DNA from: the human T2T-CHM13v2.0 reference genome, Homo sapiens
DNA: 64,000 bases
Reading direction: 5' to 3' (one strand)
Assembly (NCBI RefSeq): GCF_009914755.1
Contig: NC_060925.1
In this document: one piece after another, positions 57,251 to 64,000 of the stretch
Position numbering within the stretch: position 1 is the stretch's first letter
How the letters are laid out: each line of letters opens with the position of its first letter
Notes under the pieces: generated by a model
What the model was told of the DNA's origin: nothing
What the model saw: the letters and a program-made list of their open reading frames with translations, nothing else
Database searches by the model: none
Translations under genes and position numbers: made by a program

Positions 57251-58914
57251 TGTTAAACATAGATTTCAACACCAAGTTGGAACAACAGATATAGCATTGT
57301 GGCAGAATTTACAGGTTGTTTTATATTATAATCATTGAAATGAATAAGAAATGAGGTATGAAATAATTAAAAAGCTAAACCTTAATATATGACTGTGACA
57401 CTAACCATAGTACACTTCACTTACCCGTTGATGAAAGAGGGCCTGTGGAATGTTGTTGAAATGCATTTTCTTTCAGTGCACCACACCTTACACTTACTTC
57501 AAATATTCAAATATAAAACTTTGAGCTTTTTAATCTTAATACATTTTATGAAATATAATAAGGATATTAAGATCATGGCTTCTTACTACTGGAATGGAAT
57601 CATATTCATTTCATTCTATGGTCACTTTGATTTGCTTTGAAACAGTTTGAATTCTAAAGACATCTTAGAGGAAAATGTGAGCACACATTAATGTCAATGA
57701 AAACAAAGTCAAGTTCATTACCTACTGATAAATGGTGTAGAATAATATGCGGAATATTGAAAGAGGTGGACTAGAAAGGAAAGAATCAGGAAATTGATCT
57801 TGACCCAGTTATTAAGGGAAAAAATAATTCATATTGTTTGGCATTTTTCTGTCATTTTTAAATGACAATATTATTTCTTGCCATGTTGATTTCATTAAGT
57901 TTGTATTAATAATGGGAAAATGTCTTAGGAAGTGCTATGCAAATGTGTTTATTTGGATGGCTGTGTTCATAATTGAAATATAGGTTAAACCAATTGAGCA
58001 CATGCCTTTTTATTAAGAGTATTATAGCCATTAATTTATGTTTGAATATTGTCTATTTTCTAAAATAAAATGTGAGCTAATTAGAAAATAAGTTACTTAA
58101 TGCCCATTTGTCTGAGTGTACATTTGGTCTCTTATTACACTTTTCTTTGCCCATAAAGTGAAGAAAATAGTGTTTTCAAACATGACAAATCTGTGTATCC
58201 AAATGAAAACACTTACACCAAAGGGAATAGTTTTATTTTATAAACAAATTAAAAACCAGCTGTGCCAGACATTATGGAAAACATTACACAGCAACTGATT
58301 TGTCCACAAATGAATCACTTCAATGAATGTAATACATAATGTTGCAGGTGGCATTTATTTTGAAAAACTAGGTTTATTAAGGCAGCTGAATTAAAAAAAA
58401 AAAAATTCTCTGTAAGAGAATTTCAAATTTCTCCAAATTCTGTCTTTTAAGCTTAAAAGGAAGAGTCCTTCCTTTACTTGAGTTTCTTAGATTATCTATT
58501 CCCCAAGCATAGAGATACCACATAGACAATACAGAGGAATGCGTAGTAATTTACATACAAGTTATCCAGTGCAAAGTGGAAAGTCTTCAAATAGGAGTCC
58601 CATCAGCAACAAGCTATTCTTACCTAATATAGATAGATGGAAAGATAAATACAAATAGAAAGATAGTTAAGTGTTCATATATTGAAACAATATTTATTGA
58701 ACTCCAATGTTGAGCAGGGGGCTGTCCAGATTACCGACAATTAAGTACTAAATAATGCAGAAAAGCTCTTACCCCATAGAATTAACAACCTAATAAGGAG
58801 AAAAATGTATGTCAAACAAAAACTTATTATACTAATATGTAATTTTATTTTTAACATTTTTAAGTATACATTTACCAGGTGACCCAAATTAATGCATTGC
58901 AATTTGATCAATAT

Positions 58915-60750
58915 TGAAAATACATATTGAGCCTCTATTATACGTTGTGCATGACTGCAGAATTTAGAAATGTAGCAGTAAATAAAGCAATAAAAACAAT
59001 CTCTGTTCTACTGAAGTTTAAATACTTATGATAGGAGACAGACAATACTAAACATTTATAAATTAAGTCAACTATTACGATGGTTAGTGTTATGAAAATA
59101 TAAAGCAAGTAGGAGACTAATAACATTGTGATATTTAATAGAAGATCTAGGGTAGGATTTGCTGAGATCAAGCAAATATTAAAGGAGTTGAGAGAGTAGA
59201 CTATAGAGGTAATTTGGGAGAATATATTTCCAGGAGATGGAACAAGAAGCATTAAAAGCAGCCAGGAAGAAGTGTGTCTAGGGTGTTCAGTGAATGGAAA
59301 GTTTAGTTGGGTGTAGAGGAATAATGAAGGGAAGATGAATAGAAGATGAGGGTAAATAAGTGTTATGGATTGAACGTCTGTGTCTCCCCCTAGGCTCATA
59401 TTTTGAATCCCTACCCTTCAATGTGATGGCATTTAGAGATGAATCCTTTAAGAGGTAAACAGATTTAGATGAGGTCATGACAGTATGGCCCCAGTCTGAT
59501 GGGATTGGTGTCTTTACAAAAGAGGGAGAAACAATGGAGCTTTCTTGCTCTCTGGGCTAGCACAAAGGGAAGGCTATGTAAGAATGCAACAAAATGGCAG
59601 CTGTCTGCAATACAAGAAGAAAGTCTTCCTTAGGAACAGAAGATCAAAGGTGGTACCTTGATCTTGGACTTCCCAGCCTCCAGACACTGATAAACAAATT
59701 TCTGTTGTTTATGCCACCCAGTCTATAATATTTTGCTATGAGTTCCTGAGAAGACTACTATAATATTGTTAAGGACAGATTGGGTACAGTTTTGCAGACC
59801 ACTGTAAGGAAGTTTGCTTTTATTCCATGTGAGTTAAAGAACAACCATAGATTTGAATACAGGAGTGATACAGTCTCATATGGATTTAATTGGATCATTC
59901 TGGCTGTTTTGTTCAAAACAAACTATAGCAGGGCAAGTGTGGTATCAGAAAAACCAGTAAGGTACTATTCAGTAATGCAGATGTGATGCAAGAGTGACTC
60001 AGACTAGGGTGGTTGCATTTGGGATGGGGATAATTGATAATATTCTAGATATATCTTGAAAGTAGAGTTGATAAGATTTGCTGATGATTTGAATATGGAG
60101 TTAGAGAGAAAGTGAGAAGCCAAAGGTAACTCCAATATTTCGTGGCCAGAGCAACTGAGAGAATGGAGTTGTAAATAGCTTAGTTGAGAAAAAGTGCAGG
60201 AGGATTTGGTTTGGTTGGTACCAAGGAAGTATGGGAAAATCAGCATACGACATAAAATCTAAGTGGAGATTGTTATTAGGTTATTTGATAAGCTAGTTTG
60301 TAATCCAAGGGGGAATTATTGACTAGAAATTTGCATTTGGTTTCAGTAATGTGATAAGTTTACTAAGAAAATGAATTTAGATAGAAGAGCGATCCAAGGA
60401 ATGATTAGTGAGGATTTTCAATATTTAGAGGTTAGGAAAATGGGAAAACAAAAAATATACCAGAAAAGGATATTAAAGAGTGGTCAATGACTTAGGAAGG
60501 ATAATGGAAGGACATAGTGTCCTTTAAATTCACTTAATTCTTTTTAATTTTGTTAACTTCTATTTGTTTTTATTTTTTCCTGGAAAGATATTAATCAGTG
60601 TCTTGAAGTGCTGCTGATATGCAAAATAAGATGAAAATTTTTTAAAAAATGAATTGATTATTTGATTTACCAATATGAAGATTATTACTGAGCACAGTAA
60701 TTTTTTAGGAGTGGTAGAAGTGAAACACTGTCAGAACTTGCATCAAAAGA
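58915..60750 (-). mobile_element. L2 element split by MLT1A
   Basis: CATATTGAGCCTCTATTATACG..., CCACTGTAAGGAAGTTTGCTTTTATTC, GATTTGCTGATGATTTGAAT. Confidence 0.75.
59361..59762 (+). mobile_element. MLT1A0-like solo LTR
   Basis: TGTTATGGATTGAA...CCTTGATCTTGGACTTCCCAGCCTCCAGA...TTTATGCCACCCAGTCTA. Confidence 0.88.
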
Positions 60751-60764
60751 AAATGTTAAGATTT

Positions 60765-61561
60765 TACTTGCAGCATGGCAGCAAAAGGAACTCCATGGAC
60801 CCACTTTTCAGTGAACTTGGTAAAAATTAAAATACAAAAGCCATTTGAAATATCTTATAGACATTTTGCTTCTATGGTGTCAGAGTCCTGGGGACTGCCA
60901 ATACCCAGAGTTGTCAAAATGTATGCCTAAAATGTCCAATTTTCAACAAGAAGTTGAGGCATGCAAAGCAACAGTGAAGCATGACCCGTTTCCAGTAAAA
61001 AAAAATAATAATAAAAAAAGTAGGTAAAGAAACTTCCTGTGAAAACAAATATTTCAGATTTAACAAAGACTTCAAAGTTTTCATCATAAATATGTTCAAA
61101 ACAATAATGGAAACAATGATTTTAAAGGTAAAGACAGATACAACTACAATGTCATATCAAATAAAGAATATTGATAAAGACAGAAATTACTTAAAAAGGA
61201 AAATTCTGGAGTTGAAATACAAAATAACTGAAAAAAAACCTCACTAGATGGTCTCAACTGTAGGTCTTAATTTGCAGAATAAAGAGTTGGTGAATTTGAA
61301 GATAGATATATAGAGATTATACAATCCAAAGAACAGAGACAAAAAAATGAAAAAAAAAAAAGAACAGACTCAGAGACAGGTGAGTCTTTAATGTATGCAC
61401 AATGGGAAAAAGAGGACTATCATGAGAGGAGAGATTGAAGAACAGAAAAGAATTAAAAGAAATAATGGATGAAAACTTCTCAAATTCATTGAAAAGCATT
61501 AATCTTCACATTCAGGAATCATAACAAACTCCAAATGTGATAAACACAAAGAGATCTATGG
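60765..61561 (+). mobile_element. old L1M 5'/ORF1 fragment
   Basis: AAATTCTGGAGTTGAAATACAAAATAACTG..TCACTAGATGGTCTCAAC..GAAAACTTCTCAAATT..CTCCAAATGTGATAAACACAAAGAGATC. Confidence 0.7.
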
Positions 61562-62837
61562 TGTCGGAACCCAATTGTAACAATCCCATGGGTTTGAACT
61601 AATAAATTTGGGGTGCCTGCAGAACCAGGAAGGTCCATGTTTAGAGAAAGACTCATTTGTAGTATTCAGTCGCACAGCAATCAGATGTTTATTTGCAAGA
61701 CTGAGTTGTGGGTGATATATACAGTAATTTGTTTTTTTGGTTGTTGTTTTGTTTTTTTCCACCACACCTGGCTAATTTTTTTGTATTTTTAAAATTTATT
61801 ATTTATTTATTTATTATTATTATATTTTAAGTTCTAGGGTACATGTACACAATGTGCAGGTTAGTTACATATGTATACATGTGCCATATTGGTGTGCTGC
61901 ACCCATTAACTCCTCATTTACATTAGGTATATCTCCTAATGCTATCCCTCCCCCTTCCCCCCACCCCATGACAGGCCCCAGTGTGTGATGTTCACCATCC
62001 TGTGTCCAAGTGTTCTCATTGTTCAATTCCCACCTGTGAGTGAGAACACGTGGTGTTTGGTTTTTTTGTCCTTGCAATAGTTCGCTCAGAATGATGGTTT
62101 CCAGCTGCATCCATGTCCCTACAAAGGCCATGAACTCATCATTTTTTATGGCTGCATAGTATTCCATGGTGTATATGTGCCACATTTTCTTAATCCAGTC
62201 TATCATTGATGGACATTTTGGTTGGTTCCAAGTCTGCTATTGTGAATAGTGCTGCAATAAACACACATGTGCATGTGTCTTTATAGCAGCAAGTTTTATA
62301 ATCCTTTGGGTATATACCCAGTAATAGGATGGCTGGGTCAAATGGTATTTCTAGTTCTAGATCCTTGAGGAATTGCCACACTGTCTTCCACAATGGTTGA
62401 ACTAGTTTACAGTCCCACCAACAGTGTAAAAGTGTTCCTATTTCTCCACATCCTCTCCAGCACCTGTTATTTCCTGACTTTTTAATGTTCACCATTCTAA
62501 CTGGTGTGAGATGGTATCTCATTGTGGTTTTGATTTGCATTTCTCTGAGGGCCAGTGATGACGAGCAATTTGTTAAATTCAGGGTGGTGGCAACTGCCTG
62601 AGAGAGATGTATTAAGGACTCTGGGAAACTGCAAGTCACAAAGCCTGCTGTGTGGAACAGAGAGGAGAGAGGGACAAGAGGTGAGATTCTCCAACTTCTT
62701 CCTCCCCCAGACGCAGGCTCATGGGTACCAAGGTGCTTATGTGCTGTGAGTGGAGGAAATATTTCTTCATTGACTACAGTGTAGTCAGTCTGTCCTGTAC
62801 CATGAGAAAGGATGGAACTCTTTAAAATCCATTCCAC
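61562..62837 (-). mobile_element. probable 3' LTR of an ERVL-class provirus (possibly MER54/MER73/MER74 group), split by L1PA
   Basis: Abrupt break from L1M into TGTCGGAACCCAATTG; minus-strand AATAAA near 61690; resumes after the L1 TSD at ~62567; lies downstream of an ERVL-type integrase. Family and right boundary uncertain. Confidence 0.55.
61734..62566 (-). mobile_element. 5'-truncated L1PA (L1PA4/5-like) with a 3' transduced Alu fragment
   Basis: TTTAAGTTCTAGGGTACATG 3' terminus; ORF2 C-terminus [26 protein letters not shown]; TSD AATTTGTT at 61726-61733 and 62567-62574. Confidence 0.93.
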
Positions 62838-63199
62838 ATAGTAGTGAATGAAATGTATTTGACTTGGTTCTTTGGCCCACAAAATTGATGTTTATTTCCA
62901 TCCCATGTGGCTACCTGTGGCAAAGCAGCAAGACTACTTTAAGAAAAATAGCTTTAAGGTTGGACTGGAAACCCCAAGTGAAGTTCAGTACTTTGAAGTT
63001 CTTGTGGACAAAAATCTACACTGTGCACCTGAGGGACAAAGTAAAAAGGTTACCATCTCCTACTCCTCTTTGTTGAATAACCATCCTCATCTCCAATCTA
63101 TTTGAGTTTTCAGAGAGATTTTAAAGGGATAGAAGGCCCTTGCAAGGCCTCCGAACCCCGAGACCAAAGTGCCAATAATTGTAAAGAGAAAGGTATATA

Positions 63200-64000
63200 T
63201 TGAAGAAAACCTTAGCAAACATGTGGCTCTAATGAAAAGTGTCTTTGTGGGGAATTGCTGCAATGAGACTCCAGACTATTTACCTAAAATATATAGATCC
63301 TGTTTTTTAGCTGCTAAAGCTTGTCTTTTAATTGCCCATCAAAATGTTCAATTATCACCATGCCTTGTGGGGGTACAGAGCATAGAGGGTTCACCTGCTC
63401 CAAGATTGAGCCCACTGAAGTGTTGCTTAAGTCACGAATCTGGAATTGTCTTCATGTGAAGTGTGCTCAGGAAATTAAAAAAATCAAGAAACAAATATGA
63501 TTATATAAGGCCTACATAGTGTGGCCAGAGCAAGTGGAATGCACAGGAACAGCTAGGCTAAAACCCAGAGAAACTATCAACAGCAGTCAGAATCCCGCTG
63601 AACCTGCTGGATGGGGCAAAAGGCCTAATATAGCCTACTTGCTAAGAACGTCCTTGCTTTTTGGCTCAAGAAATTTGTCCCTGGGAAGTGTTTTTGGCCT
63701 TAGCCAAGAACTGGCATATGGGACAGCTTTTCCATGTTGTTTCAATGTCTTCTGAGAACACTGCCAGCCTATGTGTACAGGCCCAGTCCAGAATGATGTC
63801 TGAATTCCCCGGGCCTTCTCATGACTCCGGGAGGTGATCAGTTACACATCTTGGTCTGGAGTAGAGGACATTTGCATTTAAGTCTTTACATTTAGTTGAC
63901 AAGTGTGATTGTTTATTGGTAATTTCTCCCCTCATTAGTTTAGGAATTTTCCTGGTAAGTATCAGCATGGCTTAAAGAAAGCTTTCTAGGACCATAACTG
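63200..64000 (-). pseudogene. decayed ERVL-type pol (integrase); provirus runs past the window edge
   Basis: Manual translation: ..SHEK..IILDWA..CPICQ (63725-63711)..*QVGYIRP (63644)..ILTAVDSFSG (63593-63564)..LQWAQ..IEHFDGQLK (63352); multiple stops and frameshifts. Confidence 0.85.

Noticed and set aside
62190-62882. 230-aa ORF fusing LTR-derived sequence to the L1 ORF2 C-terminus
   Set aside because: Starts at TTG and spans an insertion junction by chance; no evidence of expression

Overview
Primate (most likely human) AT-rich, repeat-dense intergenic or intronic DNA. I find no supportable host protein-coding exon, RNA gene or CRISPR array. The longer ORFs in the track that I can place fall in Alu, L1, Tigger1, THE1, LTR or microsatellite sequence; the rest look like chance ORFs. 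The window is a layered transposon record: L2/MIR, L1M, Tigger1, Charlie1, MER46C, MLT1, THE1, L1PB, L1PA, AluJ/S/Y, an ERVL-class provirus remnant at the right edge and an LTR7/HERV-H element. The most notable structures are: (1) a 688-bp HERV-H mini-provirus inside one CAAGG target-site duplication (TSD), made of a full LTR7 with a triplicated U3 repeat, a His primer-binding site (PBS), a short leader and an R-U5-only second LTR starting at about the expected cap site; (2) an L1PA insertion with a short Alu-derived 3' transduction; (3) a twin-primed, 5'-inverted L1PB; (4) a ~165-bp local duplication followed by a fold-back/micro-repeat scar; (5) a decayed ERVL-type integrase. Family and subfamily names come from recalled consensus similarity, not a database search, and boundaries of old repeats are approximate. 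I do not see evidence for a wholly new multi-gene system.
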